Assembly (NCBI GenBank): GCA_024231025.1
Contig: JAAEQW010000111.1
Span: 11,055 to 75,054, forward strand
Origin: Candidatus Omnitrophota bacterium
GTDB lineage: Bacteria; Omnitrophota; Gorgyraeia; Duberdicusellales; 4484-171
Length of the DNA stretch: 64,000 nucleotides
Reading direction: 5' to 3'
The notes below the pieces were generated by a model. That model made no database searches and was not told where the DNA came from. It saw only the letters and a program-made list of their open reading frames with translations. Shown here in pieces: positions 30,307 through 38,539 of the stretch. A program made the position numbers and the translations under genes. Positions within the stretch are counted from its first letter, which is position 1. Each line of letters opens with the position of its first letter.

Positions 30307-32241
30307 ATGCAATCTAAACAAAAAGAAAATATATTTTTCATCGTTTTAACCGCGGTTTGCTTTATTCTGTACCTTAAAAGCTTACACGGACCCTTTATCC
30401 TTGACGATAACCACATGATCGTAGAAAACTCTCTAATAAAAAATCACGCTTTTTTCCCGATGTTTTTTAAAGGGCTAGTAACAAGCTTTCCAATTGCTAA
30501 GGGAATGTGTCGGCCGCTTTTAATGCTTACTTTTGCTTTTAACTACTTAACTTGCGGTCTTAATCCAATTGGATATCGTATAATAAATATTCTTTTTCAC
30601 ATCCTAAACGTGACTCTGCTTTATGCTATCTTAAAATCGTTTAAGAAAGACTCACCGCAAGGATTGCTTTTTCTGATTAGCGCACTATTTGCTGTTCACC
30701 CCATAAATAGTGAAGCAATCATCTATATCTCTAGTCGTTCTGATTTAATGGTCACTTTTTTCATTCTAGCGGGATTTATCCTTCACGCCAAAGGCAAAAC
30801 CGTTTATTGCCTACTCCTTTACGCGGGAGCCCTACTAACAAAAGAAACCGGATTATGCTTTGGGCTCTTGATTTTTGCTTACGATTTTATAAACAAACGC
30901 TTCAGTAAAGAAAGACTTCCTTTTTATACCGGTTTGATACTGGTAACATTTTCGTATTTTTTGTACAAGATGGCATTTTTCGCCTCCCCGGGCAGTGCGC
31001 CTCTTCGATCTTACCTCTCTAATAGCGTCATTCAATCAGTAGTGACTTCTTTATACCTTAAATTATTTTTACTGCCAAACCCACTAAATTTAACTCATCC
31101 AGTTTCACTATCAATACCATCGGTTGCTTGGGCCATTTTCGTAATGATTGGATTAATTACTCTTCTGTTTGCCAGCAAAAAAAAATACCCCTTAGCAGCA
31201 TTCGCTATCGCCTGGCTATTAATTGGCTTGTTACCAAAATTTTACGCCCGCCTTGATGCGGTTAGCATGGAGCATCACTTCTATATGTCTAGCATTGGTT
31301 TATATATACTGCTGCTGGTTGTTCTAGGCGCTGTTTACTCGAACTATAAAAAATACACTCTTTATGTGGGATACGCTATCGCTCTTTGCTTTTCAATATT
31401 AATTATATTTCGTAATTTTGAATACAGCGATCCTTTGCTTTTTTGGAAATTATCTGCCAAGCGTAACCAACAATCAGGAACAATTAATAATAATCTAGGT
31501 CTAGAATATTTAAAACGAAATTTTAATAAAAAAGCAAAAGAAAGTTTTGAAAAAGCAATACTTACATCAACTCACAAAAGAACTACCGTTCATGCCATGA
31601 TTAACTTATCAAATATTTACCGAATGGAAAAAAATTATCCTAAAGCCTTAAGCCTTTTAAAAGAAACTTTAAAATTAACCACCTTCGCGGCTAATGGCGT
31701 CTATCAAGGTATCGGCATAATCTATATGAACATGGGAAAAGAAAAAGAAGCTATCGCAGCCTGGAACGAAGAACTAAAAAATTATCCCGGATCAAGCGAA
31801 ACCTTCCTAAATCTAGGCATATTTTATCTTCGCAAAAATAACACCGATCAAGCTAAAGAAGCATTTAAAAGAGCAGTCTTTACTAATTCCAGCCATTATG
31901 CCGGTTATTACGGGCTGGCTCAAACTTATGAAAAGGAGAATCAATTAGCTCAAGCGATAAGCATGTATGAGAAGGCAGCCGCACTTCAGCCTAATGATGC
32001 TGCTACCCATTACTTTTTAGGTGCTGCTTATGCTAAAATGGGAGATAGCCGGGCAATAAACGAACTAAAAAAAGCTATTTATTTTAATCCAAGATTTCAC
32101 AAGGCCCACAATGATTTAGCCATCGCTTACGCTTCATTAGTTAACCCTAAATGGAAATTGGCAAAAAAACACGCCAAAATTGCCAAAGAGTTGGGTTACA
32201 AGGTAAAGAGAGAATTTTTAGAGTTACTCAATAAAAATTAA
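30307..32241 (+). CDS. TMTC-like (GT-C + TPR) protein O-glycosyltransferase
   Basis: FILDD, RPL, NILFH, FAVHP..SEA..YISSRSD, KET, then a TPR tail. Confidence 0.8.
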   Translation: MQSKQKENIFFIVLTAVCFILYLKSLHGPFILDDNHMIVENSLIKNHAFFPMFFKGLVTSFPIAKGMCRPLLMLTFAFNYLTCGLNPIGYRIINILFHILNVTLLYAILKSFKKDSPQGLLFLISALFAVHPINSEAIIYISSRSDLMVTFFILAGFILHAKGKTVYCLLLYAGALLTKETGLCFGLLIFAYDFINKRFSKERLPFYTGLILVTFSYFLYKMAFFASPGSAPLRSYLSNSVIQSVVTSLYLKLFLLPNPLNLTHPVSLSIPSVAWAIFVMIGLITLLFASKKKYPLAAFAIAWLLIGLLPKFYARLDAVSMEHHFYMSSIGLYILLLVVLGAVYSNYKKYTLYVGYAIALCFSILIIFRNFEYSDPLLFWKLSAKRNQQSGTINNNLGLEYLKRNFNKKAKESFEKAILTSTHKRTTVHAMINLSNIYRMEKNYPKALSLLKETLKLTTFAANGVYQGIGIIYMNMGKEKEAIAAWNEELKNYPGSSETFLNLGIFYLRKNNTDQAKEAFKRAVFTNSSHYAGYYGLAQTYEKENQLAQAISMYEKAAALQPNDAATHYFLGAAYAKMGDSRAINELKKAIYFNPRFHKAHNDLAIAYASLVNPKWKLAKKHAKIAKELGYKVKREFLELLNKN

Positions 32242-32243
32242 AA

Positions 32244-34235
32244 ATGCTTAGTCGTCAAAAATTTATATTAGTTATCACTTGTGCTGTTTTTGTTTTTCTG
32301 CTTTACCTTTCTTCGCTGCAAACTCCTTTTATTTTCGACGATAACCATATGGTAGTACGAAATTCCTTAATTAAACATATAAAACACCTACCAGCATTTT
32401 TTAAGGGCTTTGCAACTAGCGCTCCTGTTCCCAAAGGAATGTGTCGGCCGCTTTTAATGCTTACTTTTGCCTTTAACTACTTAACTTGTGGCCTTAATCC
32501 AATTGGGTACCGCATAATAAATATTCTTTTTCATTTTCTAAACGTAGCGGTTCTATTTCTTTTGCTAAAAGAATTACTCACTAAAGTTCACGTTAAACCG
32601 CCGAATTCGATCTTTGCTTTTATTCCCACTTTAATATTTTTGGTTCATCCAATTAATATTGAAAGCATAACCTACATTTCTAGTCGTTCTGATTTAATGG
32701 TTACCTTATTCTTATTGCTGGGCATCACCTGCCACATTAAAAACAAATACTCTTTGAGCCTGCTATGTTACGCAGCAGCTCTACTGACTAAAGAAACTGC
32801 CCTTAGCTTTATTTTCTTTATCACAACTTATGACTTTATATTTCGAAAAACATCAATAAAGCAATGGTTAAAAAATAGGTTTTCCCTTTACGCCGCAATC
32901 GCTTCGGTAAGCGCACTCTATTTGATTTATAAAAATACTACATTTCGGGCTGACTATGTTGCACCACTACGGTCGTATTATTCTAATTTTCTTATTCAAG
33001 CTAGAGTTACTTTTCTTTATCTTAAGTTATTCATTTGGCCGAAAGGATTAACCTTGTTTCATTATATCCCCGACTATAAAACCATTTTTAACCTGGGAGC
33101 ATTTTTATCAGTTTCGGGATTGCTGGGAATCGTTTTTATCGGATTTAAAACAGTTAAAAAACAACCGCTTTTTTCTTTGGGGATATTTTGGTTTCTTGTA
33201 GGGTTAGCACCTAAGTTTTACGCACGGCTTAGAATCGTCGCAATGGAACATCATTTTTACCTTGCTGGTATCGGCATTTATCTAATTATTGCGTTTGGAT
33301 TAAGCAAATTTTATCCAAAACTTAAATATAAAACATATTTTACAATATGTGTAATCTCTATCCTCTCTTTGCTTACCTTTATACGAAATCTTGAATATCG
33401 AGACGATCTTATCTTTTGGAAAATAACTGCTCAACGAAATCCTCACTCGGCTAATGCCCGCATGGGCCTAGGGGTGAGATATATGAATCTTGAAATATGG
33501 TCAAAAGCAAAAGAAGAAATCGAAAAAGCTATTCCTTTAATCAAAGATGAAGAAAATGCACAAAAAGCCAAAATAAACCTCATCCGTGTTTACAAAGAAG
33601 CTGGAGAAAATGAAATGGCAGAAAAATTATTAGAAGAAACCACCCGACAAGTCGCTAAAACCGAAAGGCCACCAGCAGGAGTTCTCCAAAACTTAGGAGT
33701 TATCTACTTTTTAGCCGCCGAAGATGAAAAAGCCCTCACTATCTGGAGGAGAGCATTAAAGCTTTACCCCCAAAGTGCAGGAATTCATACTAATCTCGGC
33801 AATTATTATTTAAAAAAGAGTGCCCTGGCCAAGGCAGAAAAGTTACTTGATAAAGCTATCGAATTGGACCCCGACTCTTTAGAGGCAGTTTTTGCTTTGG
33901 GAAACTTATATCAAGTAAGTAATCGCTCTAATAAAGCTATCGCTCTCTATAAAAAGGCTCTCGCAACCGGCCACGGTAAAAAAAACCACTTATTGTACTA
34001 TAATATAGGAGCACTTTATTTAAAACAGGATGGCCACAAAGGGGTAGAGTATTTAGCTAAGGCAATTGATCTAAAACCAGATTTTGCCATGGCTTACAAC
34101 GATTTATCAGTTTTCTTTGCCTCTGTGAATCCTCCGGACTGGAAACTAGCTAAAGAATTTGCCGAAAAAGCCGCTAATTTTGGATTTAAGCCAAATGAAG
34201 AATTCTTAAAGTTCTTGGAAAATGTTGATAATTAA
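32244..34235 (+). CDS. TMTC-like (GT-C + TPR) protein, tandem paralogue
   Basis: Same motifs as the upstream gene (FIFDD, RPL, VHP, ISSRSD, KET, EHHFY) plus TPRs. Confidence 0.8.
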   Translation: MLSRQKFILVITCAVFVFLLYLSSLQTPFIFDDNHMVVRNSLIKHIKHLPAFFKGFATSAPVPKGMCRPLLMLTFAFNYLTCGLNPIGYRIINILFHFLNVAVLFLLLKELLTKVHVKPPNSIFAFIPTLIFLVHPINIESITYISSRSDLMVTLFLLLGITCHIKNKYSLSLLCYAAALLTKETALSFIFFITTYDFIFRKTSIKQWLKNRFSLYAAIASVSALYLIYKNTTFRADYVAPLRSYYSNFLIQARVTFLYLKLFIWPKGLTLFHYIPDYKTIFNLGAFLSVSGLLGIVFIGFKTVKKQPLFSLGIFWFLVGLAPKFYARLRIVAMEHHFYLAGIGIYLIIAFGLSKFYPKLKYKTYFTICVISILSLLTFIRNLEYRDDLIFWKITAQRNPHSANARMGLGVRYMNLEIWSKAKEEIEKAIPLIKDEENAQKAKINLIRVYKEAGENEMAEKLLEETTRQVAKTERPPAGVLQNLGVIYFLAAEDEKALTIWRRALKLYPQSAGIHTNLGNYYLKKSALAKAEKLLDKAIELDPDSLEAVFALGNLYQVSNRSNKAIALYKKALATGHGKKNHLLYYNIGALYLKQDGHKGVEYLAKAIDLKPDFAMAYNDLSVFFASVNPPDWKLAKEFAEKAANFGFKPNEEFLKFLENVDN

Positions 34236-34606
34236 ATACTACTGGTACAAACAGGATCGCTAGTCATAGTATAAGCAGTTACAACGCCTCTAAAAATACT
34301 AGTAGTGTAGTAATCGTTCCAGTCCACACTTGGATTAGGATGAGTAGGTAATATTCTTTCACTAAAATAGTCCGCCGCAAACGTAGCATCTAATGAGGCT
34401 GGAAATTGTGCCGTTTGATCAATCGCATAACGAGCATAGTAATTACCTAAAGCTGTTCTTATTGCCCCTAAAGATTGCGAACAAGCCGCTATTTGAGCAT
34501 CTCGCCTTAAATTTATAAACTTTGGTATCGCCATTGAAGCCAGAATTCCAATAATAACGATAACCATAATTAATTCAATAAGGGTAAACGATTTATTTTT
34601 AATCAC
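34232..34606 (-). CDS. Type IV pilin, paralogue of the major pilin
   Basis: GTG start with AGGAG RBS; KS|FTLIELIMVIVIIGILA...PKF. Confidence 0.88.
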   Translation of the reverse strand: MIKNKSFTLIELIMVIVIIGILASMAIPKFINLRRDAQIAACSQSLGAIRTALGNYYARYAIDQTAQFPASLDATFAADYFSERILPTHPNPSVDWNDYYTTSIFRGVVTAYTMTSDPVCTSSI

Positions 34607-34690
34607 TGTAATCTCCTGGCATACTTCAAATATACCTTTTAAATAACAGCTATAGAGCTGTGGTTATTCCGCAACAGCATCAAGTTGTCT

Positions 34691-34723
34691 AAAAAAAAGG
34701 CCCCACAAAACTGTGGGGCCTTT
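34691..34723 (-). terminator. Intrinsic terminator after the major pilin
   Basis: AAAGGCCCCACA-GTTT-TGTGGGGCCTTTTTTTT on the minus strand. Confidence 0.9.
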
Positions 34724-34745
34724 ATTGTGCTAACTAAAAAGCAAC

Positions 34746-35117
34746 TTAGATACTGTCGGTACAAATAGGAGCATTGCTTAAAGTATACGCAGTTGCGACA
34801 GAACCAACAAGGCTAGGGACGTAATAACTATCCCAAAGAGCACCTTGAGGATGGCCTGGTAGTGTTCTTTCAGCAAGATAATCTACCGCAAAAGTTCCAG
34901 CCAATTTGGTTGGAAATTGTGCTGTCTGGTCAATCGCAAAACGAGCGTAATAATTAGAAAGCGCAGTCCTAATAGCTGATAAGCTTCCTTCGCAAGCTGC
35001 CATTTGAGCATCTCTTCTCAAATTAACAAACTTAGGCACAGCAATAGCAGCTAAAATACCAATGATAACAATAACCATGATCAACTCGATAAGAGTAAAA
35101 CCTTTTCTCATAAACAT
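34746..35117 (-). CDS. Probable major type IV pilin (PilA/MshA-like)
   Basis: KG|FTLIELIMVIVIIGILAAIAVPKF, strong AGGAGGTGA RBS, own terminator and riboswitch. Confidence 0.9.
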   Translation of the reverse strand: MFMRKGFTLIELIMVIVIIGILAAIAVPKFVNLRRDAQMAACEGSLSAIRTALSNYYARFAIDQTAQFPTKLAGTFAVDYLAERTLPGHPQGALWDSYYVPSLVGSVATAYTLSNAPICTDSI

Positions 35118-35240
35118 CCTGAATCACCTCCTTTCTTTCGTCCCTTTTTTTCGGGACAGATTTAAGAATTAAAATAACTTCTTATAAGCTCAGAGTATCA
35201 CTCCCCGCTTAAAAGTCAAGTTAAAATGAAAAAGAACAAT

Positions 35241-35285
35241 AAAAAAACCGAACTATTTCTCGATAAGTCGCCTCATAGTTCGGTT
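35241..35285 (-). terminator. Riboswitch expression-platform terminator
   Basis: AACCGAACUAU...AUAGUUCGGUU followed by a U run. Confidence 0.8.
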
Positions 35286-35293
35286 ATCCCGTT

Positions 35294-35418
35294 TACCTTC
35301 GGCAGCCTGGCGACCCTTTCAGGGCCCATAGCTTTGCTCAGCCATCGCTATCATAAGCGTTGGCTAACCCGCTCTTGGCGGGGCCCCCCGATCACTCGGG
35401 GTTTGCTCTTATCGAGTA
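35294..35418 (-). ncRNA. GEMM-I (c-di-GMP-I class) riboswitch variant: A at position 20, 45-nt insertion
   Basis: UCGAUAAGAGCAAA-CCCCGA-GUGA-UCGGGG-GGC-[45 nt]-GCAAAGCUAUGGGCCCUGAAAGGGUCGCCAGGCUGCCGA. Confidence 0.8.
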
Positions 35419-35439
35419 TCCAATTTGTCTTACAACCCA

Positions 35440-35468
35440 TGTATAACACACCATGGCATAGATGTCAA
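35440..35468 (-). promoter_or_regulatory. Putative sigma70 promoter for the riboswitch-pilin transcript
   Basis: TTGACA-17 bp-TATACA with a TG extension. Confidence 0.55.
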
Positions 35469-35534
35469 GGAAATCGACAATCTTTTATGTAAATGACTGG
35501 CACAAAAGGAGTTATGAGCGAATTCTACAGACAC

Positions 35535-36410
35535 CTACCCCCCAATGGGGCCATCCGAAGGGGGATCAATTTCGGCTTTCCAATCGGGAACTTGTTTTAC
35601 TTCAGCTAAAATACTTTTTATGATATCCTCTCTTATTTCCAGAAATTTGACCCCAAGAAAATACCGCCCGCCACGCTCGAGGTTGCAACGCACAACCTCT
35701 GCACTGGCCTCATACGAAGAGTCTTTTGATGGAAATTTAATCATTACTTTCGAATATGGAGGCAAAAATATAAAAGTTCTTATCCCCAGAGCATTACCGC
35801 TGGCAGAAATATCCAAAACCGTAGCCGAAACATACGATGATGACACAAGCTTTACGCGCTCATCCACAGGTTTAAAATCAACCGGAAGTTTTATTGACAA
35901 TCTTTCCGATTCTCGCCAAAAAGGCATCAAGCCAAGCCCCTGTGGAGACACAATTAAATCTTCTAAGTCAAAATACTTGTCATCTGGTCCAAAAAATGCG
36001 TTTACTGCTCCTTGAATAGCGCTTGGGGTGCCAAACACCGGATAAATCTCTAAATCAGTAGCCTGCATTGTGAGAGTGCTCACTAAACCAGCATCCAAGG
36101 GATTGGCCATGCAAACATACATGATATTTTCCACTTTAAAAATCGGCAAGAAATAATTTTCCCGATAGAGAGCTTCGGGAAAAAAGCTTAAAAGTTCTGG
36201 ATCCAATTCGTAATCACTGATTCTTAAAAAGGGGATCAAGGCATGTTGAGCAAAGAACATGTAAACATCCTCTTCGGTCATAAAATTCATTCGTATCAAT
36301 GTAGAATACAAAGACTTACCGCTCTTCTGTTGCTCCTCTTTAGCCTTTATAAACTCATTAGGCTTAACCCAGGACTCTTTAATTAGTTTTGTTTCTAATC
36401 TTTCTGTCAT
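35535..36410 (-). CDS. MshEN (T2SSE_N) domain + PilZ domain protein, no ATPase
   Basis: RLETKL...EEQQKSGKSL...CMANPLD (PilB N-terminal domain), then RESER and DISASG...EVVR...YFLGVKF (PilZ). Likely start MTERLET at 36410. Confidence 0.8.
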   Translation of the reverse strand: MTERLETKLIKESWVKPNEFIKAKEEQQKSGKSLYSTLIRMNFMTEEDVYMFFAQHALIPFLRISDYELDPELLSFFPEALYRENYFLPIFKVENIMYVCMANPLDAGLVSTLTMQATDLEIYPVFGTPSAIQGAVNAFFGPDDKYFDLEDLIVSPQGLGLMPFWRESERLSIKLPVDFKPVDERVKLVSSSYVSATVLDISASGNALGIRTFIFLPPYSKVMIKFPSKDSSYEASAEVVRCNLERGGRYFLGVKFLEIREDIIKSILAEVKQVPDWKAEIDPPSDGPIGG

Positions 36411-36501
36411 TATTTTGATTATGGGATCTTTCTGCCGGTAACACGCGAAACCGCGGCCGCTTCGGGATGCGCCATTGCGCACCCCCATACGATTAATTCA
36501 A

Positions 36502-36702
36502 CTATCTGCTCTGATTTAACTCATATAAACTTAGCGAAATGCTAAAAAGCAAACACATCATAGCAAAAAACAAAACTTCTTTGTAATTAATACCGAAAAC
36601 TATTTGGGAAATACTTAATATTCTCAAGCCGATCCCAACAACAAAGCTCATAAAAGCCATTGCAATAAAAAAATCATCACCAACACTATATACACTTTTC
36701 AT
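36502..36702 (-). CDS. Small 2-TM membrane protein (66 aa), paralogue of 4389..4589
   Basis: GGGGAGG RBS; 58/66 aa identity with the other copy. Confidence 0.8.
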   Translation of the reverse strand: MKSVYSVGDDFFIAMAFMSFVVGIGLRILSISQIVFGINYKEVLFFAMMCLLFSISLSLYELNQSR

Positions 36703-36776
36703 AACACACCTCCCCTTTTTTACCTTCACCAAAAATTATTTAGCCCGAAAGGATGCCGTATATAAACCAACCAAAT

Positions 36777-37346
36777 TTACTTCTTTTGATTAGGATAATA
36801 TTTTTTCATGAAATCTTCGATAATCTCTGAAACATGCTTCTCGCCGGTAGCATAAGCAGCACTTTCTTTAATATCTTCGGGTACGATTTTTGGGTGTTTT
36901 TCCTCCAAAGCCTTAAACCACTCCGCCTGTTGACGTACTATTCTTAAAAGCGCACGATTTTCCTTTAGTATGGAGTGATAATCAAACGCTTGTCTAACTA
37001 ATATTCTTAACTCTTCTACTTCAACCGGTTTCAAAATATAACGCCATATGTGCACCCTATTTATAGCGTCCATAGCACTTCCTAAATCGGGATAACCAGT
37101 AATCAAAATCCTTATGGTGTCAGGATAAAGACGTTTCACTTTAATAAGAAAATCAACCCCCATCATACCAGGAAGTTTATTGTCACAAATAATTAGCTCT
37201 ACTTCACCATAATCCTGTAAAATTTTCCATCCCTCTTCGGCATCTTTTGCGGTTAATATTTCCCTGCTATCATCTTCCAGAATCCTTTTCAAAGAAGAAA
37301 GAATATGCGGTTCATCGTCAACAATAAGAATTGTACTTTTCGACAT
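36777..37346 (-). CDS. Response regulator (REC + coiled-coil tail)
   Basis: IVDDE, ICDNKLP, ITG, KP. Confidence 0.9.
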   Translation of the reverse strand: MSKSTILIVDDEPHILSSLKRILEDDSREILTAKDAEEGWKILQDYGEVELIICDNKLPGMMGVDFLIKVKRLYPDTIRILITGYPDLGSAMDAINRVHIWRYILKPVEVEELRILVRQAFDYHSILKENRALLRIVRQQAEWFKALEEKHPKIVPEDIKESAAYATGEKHVSEIIEDFMKKYYPNQKK

Positions 37347-37685
37347 TTAATCCTCCCAATGGTCAATTAATTCTTTTAGAAACTTTACTCCATCTACAGG
37401 AAAAACCTTGGTAAACATAACTCCCATTCCAGAAGGCAATCCGGCCGCTGGGGTTTTTCTAACCCAGGCAACCACTGCACTCGCCTGAATTCTTCGCACT
37501 TCTTCTCGGCCTACCTCAAAAATAACTTCCAAGGGAGCACCGATTTCCTCGATTTTGTCGGTAATAATGAACATCCCGCCTTGAGAAAGGTTTGAGATCT
37601 CAACACTTTGCAGGATCTTCTCCCCCGTGCAATCAACCGCCAATTTTATTTTAATGCGCCGATAACGTCGTCTTTCTTCACTCAT
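37347..37685 (-). CDS. Single-domain PilZ protein
   Basis: RRYRR (RxxxR), NLSQGG (NxSxxG), GMGVMF. Confidence 0.9.
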   Translation of the reverse strand: MSEERRRYRRIKIKLAVDCTGEKILQSVEISNLSQGGMFIITDKIEEIGAPLEVIFEVGREEVRRIQASAVVAWVRKTPAAGLPSGMGVMFTKVFPVDGVKFLKELIDHWED

Positions 37686-38538
37686 CTTGCTTCAAACTCT
37701 TCCCCTTTGGTAATGATACCACAAAGGTAGTACCTTTTCCAGATGTAGCTTCAACCTCAAGCGCTCCACCATGGTTCATTATGATTTTCCTGCTAACATG
37801 TAGCCCTAACCCAGTTCCACCTTTAGTTGTAAAAAATGGATCAAAAATTCTGGAATAAACCTTTTTCGGTATTCCAGGTCCGGTATCAATCACTTTTACG
37901 ATTACGTTTTTATCATCTTCGGTGGTACTAACCGATATAGTGCCTTTTTCCTGAGAGGTAACTTGTTTTATCGCAGCAGCAGCATTAAGTATTAAATTCA
38001 AGAAAACCTGACTAACTTTATTGGCATCCACCCAAACATGCGTCGTTGCTTTATAATCTTTTACAACATCAGCCTTATACTTTATTTCATTCCACAAAAT
38101 CCTAATTGTCGCATCCAGCAATTTATTAATATCATCACAAGAGCGCCGCCCTTTCGAAGCATGAGAAAAAGTAAGTAGATCCTGCACAATTCTTTTTATC
38201 CGATTAGCACCATCACAACATTCCTGAACACTTTCCTCAATGTTGGCAATTGTTTTATTACGATCATCAATGTCTTTTACATCGGTAATCTCCTTAGCGT
38301 AGGAAGAAATTAAGCTTAGATTCGTAATAAGAAAAGTTAACGGATTATTGATCTCATGGGCGACTCCTGCCGATAAGGTACCTAGAGATGCCATCTTCTC
38401 CAACTGTATAATTTGACTTTTATCTTCCTCTATTTTTTTCACGTAGAATCGCAGCTTCTTTTCCCAACGAAAATGCAAAAAAACCAAGTAGACAAACAAA
38501 ACAAAGAGTAGCGAAAAAAATACAATTGTGTCAAACAT
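37678..38538 (-). CDS. Membrane-anchored histidine kinase with no obvious sensor domain
   Basis: One TM, AGVAHEINNPL, QVFLNLILNA, DTGPGI, FDPFFTTK, GTGLGL. Confidence 0.93.
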   Translation of the reverse strand: MFDTIVFFSLLFVLFVYLVFLHFRWEKKLRFYVKKIEEDKSQIIQLEKMASLGTLSAGVAHEINNPLTFLITNLSLISSYAKEITDVKDIDDRNKTIANIEESVQECCDGANRIKRIVQDLLTFSHASKGRRSCDDINKLLDATIRILWNEIKYKADVVKDYKATTHVWVDANKVSQVFLNLILNAAAAIKQVTSQEKGTISVSTTEDDKNVIVKVIDTGPGIPKKVYSRIFDPFFTTKGGTGLGLHVSRKIIMNHGGALEVEATSGKGTTFVVSLPKGKSLKQDE

Positions 38539-38539
38539 A

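Noticed and set aside
35226-35492. 88-aa plus-strand ORF
   Set aside because: Antisense to the riboswitch, terminator and promoter; no protein-like features.
36411-36488. N-terminal extension of the MshEN-PilZ ORF
   Set aside because: It translates a GC-rich palindromic stretch; domain homology begins at MTERLET.
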